Assembly: GCA_965223855.1 (NCBI GenBank)
Contig: CBDCXM010000009.1
Coordinates: 2,400,001 to 2,464,000, forward strand
Length of the DNA: 64,000 bases
Direction: 5' to 3'
From: Candidatus Multivoradales bacterium
GTDB taxonomy: Bacteria; Acidobacteriota; Thermoanaerobaculia; Multivoradales; JAHEKO01
Within the stretch, counting starts at the first letter, position 1. Each line of letters opens with the position of its first letter. Below, piece by piece: positions 45,589 to 54,930 of this stretch. The notes beneath the pieces are model-generated. The model saw nothing but the letters and a program-made list of their open reading frames with translations, was not told the origin of the DNA and did no database searches. Position numbers and translations under genes: made by a program.

Positions 45589-47688
45589 ATGCGGCCGCGG
45601 GGTAACCGGCGGCTCGCCGTTGTGGCGTGCCTGTGTTGGGGATTTGCCTGGAGCGTGGAAGCCGACTCCAGGGGGAGTTCCAGGCAGGGGGTCTTCGACC
45701 GGGACGGCCAGGCGGTGACCTGGTATGACGGCAGCTACGCGCTGCTCATCGGAGTCAGCGAGTACCGCCACTGGCCGGACCTCGACAGCATTCCCGGCGA
45801 ACTGAGGAAGTTGGCGGCCGCGCTCGAACGAAACGGCTTCGAGGTCTTCACTCATCTGGATCCGACCTCGGATGAGCTGCGGTCCGCCTATCGCGACTTC
45901 ATCAACGCCCACGGACGCCAACCGCATCACCGATTGGTGCTCTTCTTTTCCGGGCACGGCTACACACGAGAAGCCACCGTAGGAAGACTGGGCTACATCG
46001 TTCCCTCGGATGCGCCGAGGCCCGAGGACGATCTCGACGGATTCCTCGCCGCCGCCATGTCGATGGAGGAGGTTTCGACGCTCAGCACCGGTTTCGATGC
46101 GAAGCATGCTCTCTTCGCATTCGACAGTTGCTTTTCCGGCTCGATCTTCGGCTCGCGAGCCGTCAGCCGCCCTCGGTACATCGACAAGAAGACCTCCAAG
46201 CCGGTTCGGATGTTCATCGCCGCCGGCAACGCAGATCAGGAGGTGCCGGCGCAAAGTGTCTTCACGCCGCTCCTTTCCCAGGGTCTGGAAGGGGCCGCCG
46301 ACCTCGACTCGGACGGCTACGTCACCGGCGAGGAGCTCGGGTACTACCTCAACACGCAGGTGAACGGTCGCGACGACATAGATCAGACGCCGCAGTGGGG
46401 CAAGAGCAACCATCCGGCTTTCAAAGAGGGCGACTTCGTTTTTCAGGTGACTCGCGAGCGTCTGACCGCCCAGGCCGCTCAGGTTCGCCTCGCTCGTCAT
46501 CTCGGTGACGTGATCACCCCTGATCTTCTGACCGGCATCGTGGACGCGTTGGCTCCCGAGCACTCCGGACCGCGCCAGGATCAGCTCCTCGATCGGATCG
46601 GGAGGCTGTCGAACGACCGGCGGAGTCAGATGGAGGTGGCTCGCTTCTACGGGCGTCATCGCGAGGAGATCCTGCGCGTCGTTGCGTCCACGCGTTCGTC
46701 GGCGAGTTCGGAGCGCTCCACCGGCTCGAGTTCCCAGTACGAGCGTTCTCGCCTCCGTCGCTCGAGAATCGCGCCCGATGCGCCCGCCACGACGGCGTCG
46801 CCGCTCGCCATCGACCCGGTGCTCCGGGCCGAGAAGGAGATCGCGAGCCTTCCGGCGGGCCGGCGGGGGCAGGCTGTCGCCGACCTCGTCCGCCAGATCC
46901 TCCCCGACCTTGCGCCGGCGGACCTGCGATCGGTAGGGGTTCTCGTCTGGGCGCTAGGGAGGTTCGGCAGCGAGGCGCTGGGGACGTCGGCGGCGATCGC
47001 TCTGGAGTCGGAGTTGCTGGCGCCGCTGCGCGAGACGAGGCCTCCCGGCGGCCTCGAAGGTTGGGTAGCGGTGCCGGGTGGCACCTTCGTCATGGGAGGC
47101 GGCTACTCAGGGCAGCGTGAACGCGAGGTCGAGGTCAGCGGATTCTGCATCCTCGACCACGAGGTCACGAACGACGAGTTCCGTCGACTCGTCCCTCACC
47201 ACGCGGGCGAGGCAGATTTGCCGGCTGTCGGCGTCACCTGGTACCAGGCCCGCGCATACGCCGCGTGGTTGGGAGGGCGGCTGCCGACCGAGGCCGAGTG
47301 GGAGTACGCAGCCCGAGGGGGCTGTGCCGCCCGCTTCTGCGACGCCGCCGGAGCCGAGGTGCACCCCCGAGAGATCGCCTGGTACCGGGACAATGCACGA
47401 GGCTCCCTGCACCCGGTGAGGCAGTTGGAGCCAAGCCCGAGGGGGCTCTACGACATGCTCGGCAACGCCGCCGAGTGGGTCGAAGACTTCCATGGCGAGT
47501 ATCCGACCGAGACTCGTCGCGACCCCGTGGGGGCCGCGAGCGGTGGCGAGCGCGTGGTCCGCGGCGGGTCGTATGTCGACTCGGCCGTTGACCTGATGCC
47601 CGAGAACCGGAGCGGCAGCACCGATGCGAGGTACTACCTCGGCTTCAGGGTGGTGATCCCAGGAAGGGAGACGTGTGGTGCGTTGTAG
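45589..47688 (+). CDS. Secreted caspase-like (C14) peptidase fused to an FGE-sulfatase domain
   Basis: Signal peptide; YALLIG, FFSGHG and DSCFSG dyad; C-terminal LPTEAEWEYAARG, DMLGNAAEW, RGGS, GFR. Confidence 0.88.
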   Translation: MRPRGNRRLAVVACLCWGFAWSVEADSRGSSRQGVFDRDGQAVTWYDGSYALLIGVSEYRHWPDLDSIPGELRKLAAALERNGFEVFTHLDPTSDELRSAYRDFINAHGRQPHHRLVLFFSGHGYTREATVGRLGYIVPSDAPRPEDDLDGFLAAAMSMEEVSTLSTGFDAKHALFAFDSCFSGSIFGSRAVSRPRYIDKKTSKPVRMFIAAGNADQEVPAQSVFTPLLSQGLEGAADLDSDGYVTGEELGYYLNTQVNGRDDIDQTPQWGKSNHPAFKEGDFVFQVTRERLTAQAAQVRLARHLGDVITPDLLTGIVDALAPEHSGPRQDQLLDRIGRLSNDRRSQMEVARFYGRHREEILRVVASTRSSASSERSTGSSSQYERSRLRRSRIAPDAPATTASPLAIDPVLRAEKEIASLPAGRRGQAVADLVRQILPDLAPADLRSVGVLVWALGRFGSEALGTSAAIALESELLAPLRETRPPGGLEGWVAVPGGTFVMGGGYSGQREREVEVSGFCILDHEVTNDEFRRLVPHHAGEADLPAVGVTWYQARAYAAWLGGRLPTEAEWEYAARGGCAARFCDAAGAEVHPREIAWYRDNARGSLHPVRQLEPSPRGLYDMLGNAAEWVEDFHGEYPTETRRDPVGAASGGERVVRGGSYVDSAVDLMPENRSGSTDARYYLGFRVVIPGRETCGAL

Positions 47689-47758
47689 AGACGGCATGCC
47701 CTCGGACGGCCCGGGCCGTTCGGGGAGCCAGGTTCCAGCCCGACAGGAGGTCGAAGAT

Positions 47759-49327
47759 ATGAGTTCTCGGATCGCTGCGACGTTGACATTGGTGCTGGCC
47801 CTTCTGGCCGCACCTGCGATGGCCCAGAAGGTGACGTTCAAAACCGTGCCTTCGGGTGCGAAGATCTATGTCGAGTCGTCGACCGGATCGAGGAAGCTGC
47901 TCGGTACCGGTACGGCGACCTACAGGCTCCAGAAGAAGCAGCCGAACCGCATCGTGGTCGTCAAGGCCGGGTACGAGTCGCTCGTTCGAGACTTCCCTGT
48001 GATCAAGGGCAGCCGCCGTTCCAAGGCTCCGATCACGCTCGCGCTGGTCAATCGAGTGGTCCAGGTGTCCACGCGGCCCGCAGGAGGGGAGCTGTTCATG
48101 AATGGGGGCAGCCTGGGCACGGCCCCCGTCAATGTCGTCGTGCCGATCGACACGGTCGTGACCGTAGACGCCAAGCTTCCTGGCTACCGTGCGGTCAGCC
48201 GCCGCTACGGCCATCGCGGACCGTCCACGGCTCAATGGCCCCTGACCGACGAGATCGTGTTCCAGACCCGGGTGGTCCAGGTTCGGTCGGATCCGATTCA
48301 CGCGACGCTCGTCGTCGATGGCCAGCCGTTGCGGAAGAACCCCGCGGAGATCGTAATTCCGGACAACCAGTGTGTGCGAGTCGAGGCAACCCGGGCGGGG
48401 TATCGCGGTGACGAGCGGCTCTACTGCAACCAGCCCTCGTCGGATCCTCCTCCTCCGGACGATGTGCTCGAGCTGCAACGAGTGCTCATGCTGCGGGTCA
48501 AACCGGGAGATGCGGTGATCAAGGTGGACGGCGAGTTGATGGGCCAGGGGAGCCTCAGCCTGGTTCTTCCCGAAGAGGGCTGTCGGACGGTCGAGGTCGA
48601 GAAGGAGGGCTACGTGCCCTTCACGGAGTCCTACTGCAATCAGCTTCACGTGCAGGCCCCCCCGACCTCGATGAACATCGAGCTGCGAGACCGGATCGTG
48701 GACATCACTACCGAGCCGAGCCTGGCCGAGATCAGGGTCGACGGCCAGCTCATGCGTGAGGGCAAGTACCGCATGCGGGTCAAGAGGGGCGTCTGCAGGA
48801 ACATCTACATCAGCATGGCCGAGTTCACGAGCTTGAGACGTCAGGTCTGCAACCACCCCGACGAGATCGACTTCGAGCACAACCTGCACTTCACTCTGTC
48901 CAGAGACGAGGCCTACGACTACGCCCGTCCTGCAGAGGATCTCGCCAATCGGAACATCACCGTTCAGGTGCAGGATCCGGACGTCACCTACGATCAGGCC
49001 TGGAAGGTCCTCAGTCGTTCGATTCTCGACGGCTTCGACGTCCTGGAGGTGACCGACAAGGAGACCGGCTATCTGAGGACTGCATGGGAGGTCACCTACT
49101 TCGCCGGCAGCACGGTGCGAACTCGGGTGGTCGCGAAGCTGGGCGCCGAGGATCCGATCACTTTCGTCGTGAAGATCCTGAGCGAGTATGCGGACGGCAA
49201 GAACGTCTCGGCGAGTGACGATCAGGCCTACCGGCCGTGGGACCAGCTCCTTCGCAAGTACGACCCGTTGATGGAGACCGTGCAGAATCGGGTCAGGGGC
49301 ATGACGCTGATGACGATGGAGGAGTGA
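47759..49327 (+). CDS. Secreted PEGA-repeat protein
   Basis: AGGAGG SD; signal peptide; five PEGA-like repeats (PxxAxxxxxG...xGY); distinct C-terminal alpha/beta domain. Confidence 0.85.
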   Translation: MSSRIAATLTLVLALLAAPAMAQKVTFKTVPSGAKIYVESSTGSRKLLGTGTATYRLQKKQPNRIVVVKAGYESLVRDFPVIKGSRRSKAPITLALVNRVVQVSTRPAGGELFMNGGSLGTAPVNVVVPIDTVVTVDAKLPGYRAVSRRYGHRGPSTAQWPLTDEIVFQTRVVQVRSDPIHATLVVDGQPLRKNPAEIVIPDNQCVRVEATRAGYRGDERLYCNQPSSDPPPPDDVLELQRVLMLRVKPGDAVIKVDGELMGQGSLSLVLPEEGCRTVEVEKEGYVPFTESYCNQLHVQAPPTSMNIELRDRIVDITTEPSLAEIRVDGQLMREGKYRMRVKRGVCRNIYISMAEFTSLRRQVCNHPDEIDFEHNLHFTLSRDEAYDYARPAEDLANRNITVQVQDPDVTYDQAWKVLSRSILDGFDVLEVTDKETGYLRTAWEVTYFAGSTVRTRVVAKLGAEDPITFVVKILSEYADGKNVSASDDQAYRPWDQLLRKYDPLMETVQNRVRGMTLMTMEE

Positions 49328-49334
49328 CCGAGCG

Positions 49335-50129
49335 CTACCAGCTCTCTTTGACGGCCACCCAGACGCCGTCGAGGAGCTCGAGCTTGATCTCGCCGGTCAC
49401 GGGCTCTCCCTCCATCGTCGCGCTGACGTCGAGGTAGGCGACGTCGCCGACCCGTCTGCCGCCCGTCACTTCGACGGCGGTCGGAGCCATCAGTCGCAGG
49501 AACTCGAGGTTCTCCTGCTGCTCCTCCTCGGGCATCGAACGGAACATCTCCGCCTGCTCGGCGGGGAGCAGAGAGAGGATGAGGTCGGTGTCGTCACCTG
49601 CGAGCGCCTCCGACCAGGCCAGGTAGGCGGCCCCTGCCTCTCCACCGCCGGCCGGCAGCACCTCGCCGGGGAGCTCTGAAGGGAGGGTGGCCGCGAAGTC
49701 GAAGTGGAACGAGACCGCCGAGTCGAAGACCTCGAAGTCGGCGCTCACGGTGCCGGCGTACTCCTCGGGGCCGAAGGTGGTGAAGGCGACCTCGAAGGTC
49801 TGGCCGGAGGAGTTGCCGCTCTGGAAGCAGTAGTTGGTCATCTGCGTCTCGCCGGCGTCATCGACGGTGAACTGAACGGAGCGGTTGCCGAACTCTCCCG
49901 GGCACATGTCGTCGACTTCCAGATAGGGGATTTCCTGCTCGGAGAGGGTGACGAGGACGACCGTCTGTCCCTCCTCCCAGGGGTGCTCCTGTTCGTGGAC
50001 CGTCACGTGGGGCATGGCGATCGACTCGCCGTCCGCCTCCACCGAGCCGGTGGCCTCACCGGCGGAAAGGCCGTCCGGGCAGGCGAATGCAAGCAGCGTG
50101 GCGATGGAGAGTTGCAGGACTCTTTGCAT
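49335..50129 (-). CDS. Exported acidic hypothetical protein
   Basis: AAGGAG SD; signal peptide; C-terminal NTF2/DUF4878-like pattern (AYLAW..AL..D...G.I.L....GVW). Confidence 0.75.
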   Translation of the reverse strand: MQRVLQLSIATLLAFACPDGLSAGEATGSVEADGESIAMPHVTVHEQEHPWEEGQTVVLVTLSEQEIPYLEVDDMCPGEFGNRSVQFTVDDAGETQMTNYCFQSGNSSGQTFEVAFTTFGPEEYAGTVSADFEVFDSAVSFHFDFAATLPSELPGEVLPAGGGEAGAAYLAWSEALAGDDTDLILSLLPAEQAEMFRSMPEEEQQENLEFLRLMAPTAVEVTGGRRVGDVAYLDVSATMEGEPVTGEIKLELLDGVWVAVKESW

Positions 50130-50246
50130 CGAGGTACTCCTTCTCGTTGACCGTCTGAGTACGGGACGGCGAGTGTAGCCTGCCGGTGGACGGATGCCGC
50201 AGCCCTGCTACGCTGAGAGCCGGACCTCTCGGCGAAGGAGCGACTC

Positions 50247-51158
50247 ATGAAGACTCTCGAACGATGGTTGCCGGCGAGCGTGCCGCCGACTTCACTTCTG
50301 GTCCTGCTGATGGTGCCGGTGATGGCGACCTGCTCGGCGCTCGTCTGCCAGCCGCCGCGCGAGCTGTCGCCCTCGGAGCTGCGGCTGCTCTACGACTTCG
50401 AGGCGTCGGCTGCGCCGACGATTCTGTGCGAAGGTGATCCCCTTCGCGTTCGGTGGGAGATGAGCGCGACTGAGTTATGGGGTGACGGCCGCGACCTCTG
50501 CCCGACGCTCGAGGACTGCCCCGGCAGCCCGGACTACACGCCGCTCGCCAGCGTCGAGATCACCAGTTCTCCCGCCGGGCTGCTGGCCGCCGATCCCGTG
50601 CCCGCGGACGAGCTCGCCGGGGAGCGATCGGTGACCCCGACCGCATCGGGCGTCGTCAGGGCCGCGGCGACGCTGACCGATCGCAGGCGGGCGAGCACCG
50701 ACGCCAGGGACCTTCCCTTCGAGGTTCTCGACGCCGGCGTCGTCGACTACCGCCAGGTGCTCGTCGGGACCGGCGTCTGCCTCGAGGGCTCGCCACGTAG
50801 GCCCGGCTGGCTGGCGCCGTCGATCGATCGCGACACGCTCCTCGGCGAGAGTGTCGATCCGGTGTCTCTGTGCAACCTGACGCCGTTCGAGCAGATCCGC
50901 CTCCAGGTGCAATGGGACTCGGGGCCCGACACGGAGGGGATGGTGGCGCGCGGCGACTGCTATCCGTTCCTCGACGTGAGCGGCCTCGATCGGAGAGTGA
51001 GACGCGTCGTGCCCACCGTGGTCGATCCGACCGCTCTCGTGGGGACCGACTGCCCACCGCCTGCCGACGGCACGGTGGTCGGTGAGCCGCCGCGCCCCGA
51101 CCGGCCGCCGAGGGACTACCTGCTCGAGATCGAAGTCCGCTGCCGGATCGACCCCTAG
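50247..51158 (+). CDS. Exported Cys-containing hypothetical protein (possible lipoprotein)
   Basis: AAGGAG SD; hydrophobic N-terminal segment ending MATC; scattered cysteines. Confidence 0.65.
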   Translation: MKTLERWLPASVPPTSLLVLLMVPVMATCSALVCQPPRELSPSELRLLYDFEASAAPTILCEGDPLRVRWEMSATELWGDGRDLCPTLEDCPGSPDYTPLASVEITSSPAGLLAADPVPADELAGERSVTPTASGVVRAAATLTDRRRASTDARDLPFEVLDAGVVDYRQVLVGTGVCLEGSPRRPGWLAPSIDRDTLLGESVDPVSLCNLTPFEQIRLQVQWDSGPDTEGMVARGDCYPFLDVSGLDRRVRRVVPTVVDPTALVGTDCPPPADGTVVGEPPRPDRPPRDYLLEIEVRCRIDP

Positions 51159-51171
51159 CCTTCTCTGCGAC

Positions 51172-52656
51172 ATGGCACAACGCTGCAGGTGGGGTGCTGG
51201 TGCCGGCGGCGGTTGGGGGGCTCTTGCTGGCGCGTTGCTGTGCTGCCTGATCGCTGCTGCGTCGACAGCCGGCCGGTCGTCCGCCGACCGGTCGCCCGCC
51301 GGAGAGGGGCGCCCCAACTTCGTCCTCCTCATGACCGACGATCAGGCGTGGGACGCGGTGGGGCTGCTCGATCCCCTGGTGGACACACCGAACCTGGATC
51401 TCCTGGCCGCCTCCGGCGCACGGTTCGAGAATGCCTTCGTCTCGACCTCGATCTGCCCGGCGAGCCGGGCTTCGATCCTCACGGGGCTCTACTTTCCGGC
51501 CCACGGCTACACCTTCGACCAGCCTCCGCTGACGACTGCCGATCTCGCCGTGACGTGGCCGGCGCTGCTGCGAGCGAGTGGTTACCGGGTGGCGCTCATC
51601 GGCAAGAACGGCCTCGGCCTCGACGACCCGGCGCTCGACCAGCTCTTCGACGAATGGGAGACCTATCCTCGCGAGTACTTCCTCGACGACGGAGGTCGGG
51701 AGGTCCATCTCACCGATCTCCTCGCCGAGAAGGCGAGCGGGTTTGTCGCCCGCCAGGATGCCGATCAGCCGTTCGCACTCATCGTCTGGTTCCACGCCCC
51801 GCACGCTGTCGGAGGCTTTGCTGCCGAGCCGTTCGTGCCGCCGCGGCGCTACGAATCGCTCTACGACGGGATCGTCTTTCCTCGTCGGCCCGGTTCGAGC
51901 CCGGAGCAGTGGTTCGACCGCCCCGGCTTCTTCGACCGGGGGCTCAACCGCCAGCGGCGCGACCTGTGGTGGAGCGACGGGCGGTACCAGCACAACTCGC
52001 GCCGCTACCACGCCATGGTCCGTGGTGTCGACGATGCGGTCGGTGCCGTGATGAGCTCTCTGGCGAAGCACGGTCTCGCGGGCGACACGGTCATGATCTT
52101 CACCTCGGACAACGGCTTCTACCGCGGTGAGCGCCTCTTCGGCGGCAAATGGCTGGGGCACGACCCATCGAGCCGGGTACCCCTGTACGTCCGGCTCGCA
52201 CCTTCGAAGCCCCGCGTCTTCGACGAGCTCGTAGTCAACGTCGATCTGGCGCCGACGATCCTCGAACTGGCGGGCGAGGCCGCTCCGAGTGCCATGCAGG
52301 GGAGGAGCCTCGTGCCGCTGATGGTCGACGAGGAGGCGTCGTGGCGCGAGGACCTCTTCCTCGAACACAGCTACTCGCCGGCCGGGATGCCCGGGATTCC
52401 GCGCTTCTTCGGTGTCAGAAGTGAGCTGTGGAAGTACCTCTACTTCCCCGACCACGGGTACGAGGAGCTCTTCGACCTCCGCTCCGATCCTGCCGAGCTC
52501 CGCGACCTCGCGGGCGATCCGGACTTCGAGGAGGTTCGCCGGGAACTGCGCAGACGGGCGGAAGAGCTGCGCTTCGAACTCGGCGGTGACATCTTCCAGG
52601 ACGGATTCGAGGCGGGGGATACCTCGAGCTGGACAACGGTCGTACCAAGGCCGTGA
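51172..52656 (+). CDS. Secreted type I sulfatase with IFQDGFE tail
   Basis: RPNFVLLMTDD, ICPASRASILTG, GK, APH, FTSDNG, GKW, VDLAPTIL, ELFDL..DP.E. Confidence 0.92.
   Translation: MAQRCRWGAGAGGGWGALAGALLCCLIAAASTAGRSSADRSPAGEGRPNFVLLMTDDQAWDAVGLLDPLVDTPNLDLLAASGARFENAFVSTSICPASRASILTGLYFPAHGYTFDQPPLTTADLAVTWPALLRASGYRVALIGKNGLGLDDPALDQLFDEWETYPREYFLDDGGREVHLTDLLAEKASGFVARQDADQPFALIVWFHAPHAVGGFAAEPFVPPRRYESLYDGIVFPRRPGSSPEQWFDRPGFFDRGLNRQRRDLWWSDGRYQHNSRRYHAMVRGVDDAVGAVMSSLAKHGLAGDTVMIFTSDNGFYRGERLFGGKWLGHDPSSRVPLYVRLAPSKPRVFDELVVNVDLAPTILELAGEAAPSAMQGRSLVPLMVDEEASWREDLFLEHSYSPAGMPGIPRFFGVRSELWKYLYFPDHGYEELFDLRSDPAELRDLAGDPDFEEVRRELRRRAEELRFELGGDIFQDGFEAGDTSSWTTVVPRP
52591..52656 (+). repeat. 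C-terminal tag copy 3: IFQDGFEAGDTSSWTTVVPRP
   Basis: Direct translation. Confidence 0.9.
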
Positions 52657-52672
52657 AAGGGCGGCTGGCTGT

Positions 52673-53830
52673 TCAGGGAGTGGCGTCGGCGGGGAGGGCC
52701 TCGGCTGGGGCTGTGGAGTCTCGGGCCGGGGCGGCACCGACCGAGACCGGCATCGAGATCCGCCGCGTGCCGCAAACGCTCGTCACCTCGACCGCGACCT
52801 CTCCGCCCTCGCCGTCCCAGTCGACGACGATCGACCGCATACCCTGTCCGGACACCAGTCTCGCGCCGGCAGGGAGCTCCCAGGAAAACGTACTCGCGGC
52901 GAAGGCGTTGCCAACCCGATAGACGACGCCGGTTTCCCCGGGGACGACCTCCCGGACTCCGTCGAGATGGGGGGAGTTGCCGTCCTGTACGCGAACGAAG
53001 TCGACCTCCAGCGTCTGGGGGAACGAGGTCGTAGCGTCCGGCGTTCCCGGCCAGTGTCCCCCAACGGCCACATTGAGGAGCAGGTGGAAACGCTCGTCGA
53101 AGGGCCACGGGTGCTCACCGAGGTCCGATGGAGTTCTGGTCGAGTAGAGGATGTCGTCGACCAGCCAGCGGATCACGCCGGGCTCGCGTTCGACGGCGAA
53201 GCGGTGGAAATCGTCGGCGAAGCTTCGTTCACCCGGAAGGGAGAAGCTGGTTCCGGTGAAGCGATGGTCGGGATGAGGAGTACCGAAGTGGAGGGTGCCG
53301 TGCACGGTCGACGGTTCCGAGCCGATGTTCTCCATGATGTCGATCTCTCCGCTCCGCGGCCAGCCGCCGAAAACCTCGTCCGTGGGTAGCATCCAGAAGG
53401 CGGGCCAGAGGCCCTGACCGCTCGTCATCCGAATCCGCGCTTCGACCCGGCCGAAGGTGAAGTCCCCGATCCCGCGAGTACGCAGTCGAGCCGAGGTGTA
53501 GTCGGAGCCGTGGTAGGGCTCGCTCTTCGCGATGATCCGCAGGCTGCCGCCCTCGACTTCGGCGTTCTCCGAACGGTAGTACTGGAGTTCGCCGTTGCCC
53601 CACCCGGCAGGGACGCCGTAGTCGGCTCCCGTCCCGATCATGAATTCCCACTTCGATGTGTCGACGGTCGTACCTTCGAACTCGTCGGCCCAGACGATCG
53701 AGGGGCACTGCCGGACAGCGCTCTGATCAATGGAGGCGGCCGTCGAGACCAGGGTCAAGATCGACACGACTACGACGAGCAGAGGTAGCCGTCGGTCGAG
53801 GGGGCGGTAGCGCGGAGGTTGGCAAGGCAC
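52673..53830 (-). CDS. GH16 glycoside hydrolase (laminarinase-like) with C-terminal PKD-like domain
   Basis: WADEF, WGNGELQYY, YTSARL, WPAFW, catalytic EIDIME, LLNVAVGG; start uncertain. Confidence 0.9.
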   Translation of the reverse strand: MPCQPPRYRPLDRRLPLLVVVVSILTLVSTAASIDQSAVRQCPSIVWADEFEGTTVDTSKWEFMIGTGADYGVPAGWGNGELQYYRSENAEVEGGSLRIIAKSEPYHGSDYTSARLRTRGIGDFTFGRVEARIRMTSGQGLWPAFWMLPTDEVFGGWPRSGEIDIMENIGSEPSTVHGTLHFGTPHPDHRFTGTSFSLPGERSFADDFHRFAVEREPGVIRWLVDDILYSTRTPSDLGEHPWPFDERFHLLLNVAVGGHWPGTPDATTSFPQTLEVDFVRVQDGNSPHLDGVREVVPGETGVVYRVGNAFAASTFSWELPAGARLVSGQGMRSIVVDWDGEGGEVAVEVTSVCGTRRISMPVSVGAAPARDSTAPAEALPADATP

Positions 53831-54045
53831 GGTTCGTCGCCGGGACGTCTGGACAGCTTGCGGTGGCGGATCCGGATCGTTGGAGGGCCTCGCCCCGCGG
53901 TGTCCGGAGCATCCTAGCCCCGTTCCGGAGCGGGCTCGCTTCAGGAGCGCATGCGGCTCGCTCGACCGGTGCCGGCCGGGTCTTCTCGCGGCCCTACGTG
54001 AAGGAATCGATTGTCTTCCGTCGCCGGGTCCGAGAGCCTTTCCGC

Positions 54046-54861
54046 ATGCCACGCTTCCTTCATCTCACGACCGCCTGGGCCGTGGTGACGCTTCTCTTCA
54101 CCGGGCCAGGGCGACTCTTGGCTTCGGGCGCGGGGCCGAGCCTCCTGGTCTTCACCCGGACGGAGGGCTTCGACCATCCGTCGATCGTGGACGGCGTCAC
54201 GATGTTCGTGGAGTTGGCGGCGGCCCACGGTTTCACGGTTTCGGTGACCGACGAGACCGGTGAGTTCACCGACACGGGACTCGGCGCCTACGACGTCGTC
54301 GTCTGGCTTTCGACGACGGGGGACGTTCTCGACCCTCCCGAGGAGGCGGCGTTTCGCGCCTTCATCGAGCAGGGAGGCGGCTATCTGGGGATTCATGCGG
54401 CGGCCGATTGCGAGTACGGGTGGCCCTGGTACGGCGAGGAGATCCTCGGCAACGGAGCGTGGTTCGACTCGCATCCCGCGATTCAGGAGGCTCGCCTGCT
54501 GCTCGAGGGGGACGGCTCGCCGGCCCCGGGGAGTTGGGAGGGGGACACGCTCTTCACCGACGAGTGGTACAACTTCCGAGCCAATCCTCGAGACGTGGTC
54601 CAGGTGGTGCAGACGCTCGATGAGAGTTCCTACTCGGGGGGCAACATGGGCCCCGATCATCCGATCGCCTGGGCGCGCACCGTCCTGCTCGGGAGGGTCT
54701 TCTACACCGGCCTGGGCCATCGCTCGGAGACCTTCGCCGATCCGCGGTTCCGGGCGCAGATCGTCGATGCCGTCGGCTGGCTCAGCGGCGCAGGGTCGAG
54801 CATCTTCTCCGACGGCTTTGAAAGCGGTGACACCTCGGCCTGGGGCGCGACGACTCCCTGA
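54046..54861 (+). CDS. Secreted ThuA-like domain protein with IFSDGFE tail
   Basis: LVFTRTEGFDHPSI, STTGDVL, GGYLGIHAAAD, DEWYNF, DHPIAW, FYTGLGH. Confidence 0.9.
   Translation: MPRFLHLTTAWAVVTLLFTGPGRLLASGAGPSLLVFTRTEGFDHPSIVDGVTMFVELAAAHGFTVSVTDETGEFTDTGLGAYDVVVWLSTTGDVLDPPEEAAFRAFIEQGGGYLGIHAAADCEYGWPWYGEEILGNGAWFDSHPAIQEARLLLEGDGSPAPGSWEGDTLFTDEWYNFRANPRDVVQVVQTLDESSYSGGNMGPDHPIAWARTVLLGRVFYTGLGHRSETFADPRFRAQIVDAVGWLSGAGSSIFSDGFESGDTSAWGATTP
54802..54861 (+). repeat. C-terminal tag copy 4: IFSDGFESGDTSAWGATTP
   Basis: Direct translation. Confidence 0.9.
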
Positions 54862-54930
54862 ACGGGTACACGGGTGCCGGGCCGCCCGTGCCTGATGCCC
54901 TGCTATCTTCGGGCGGTTCGATACACAGGG

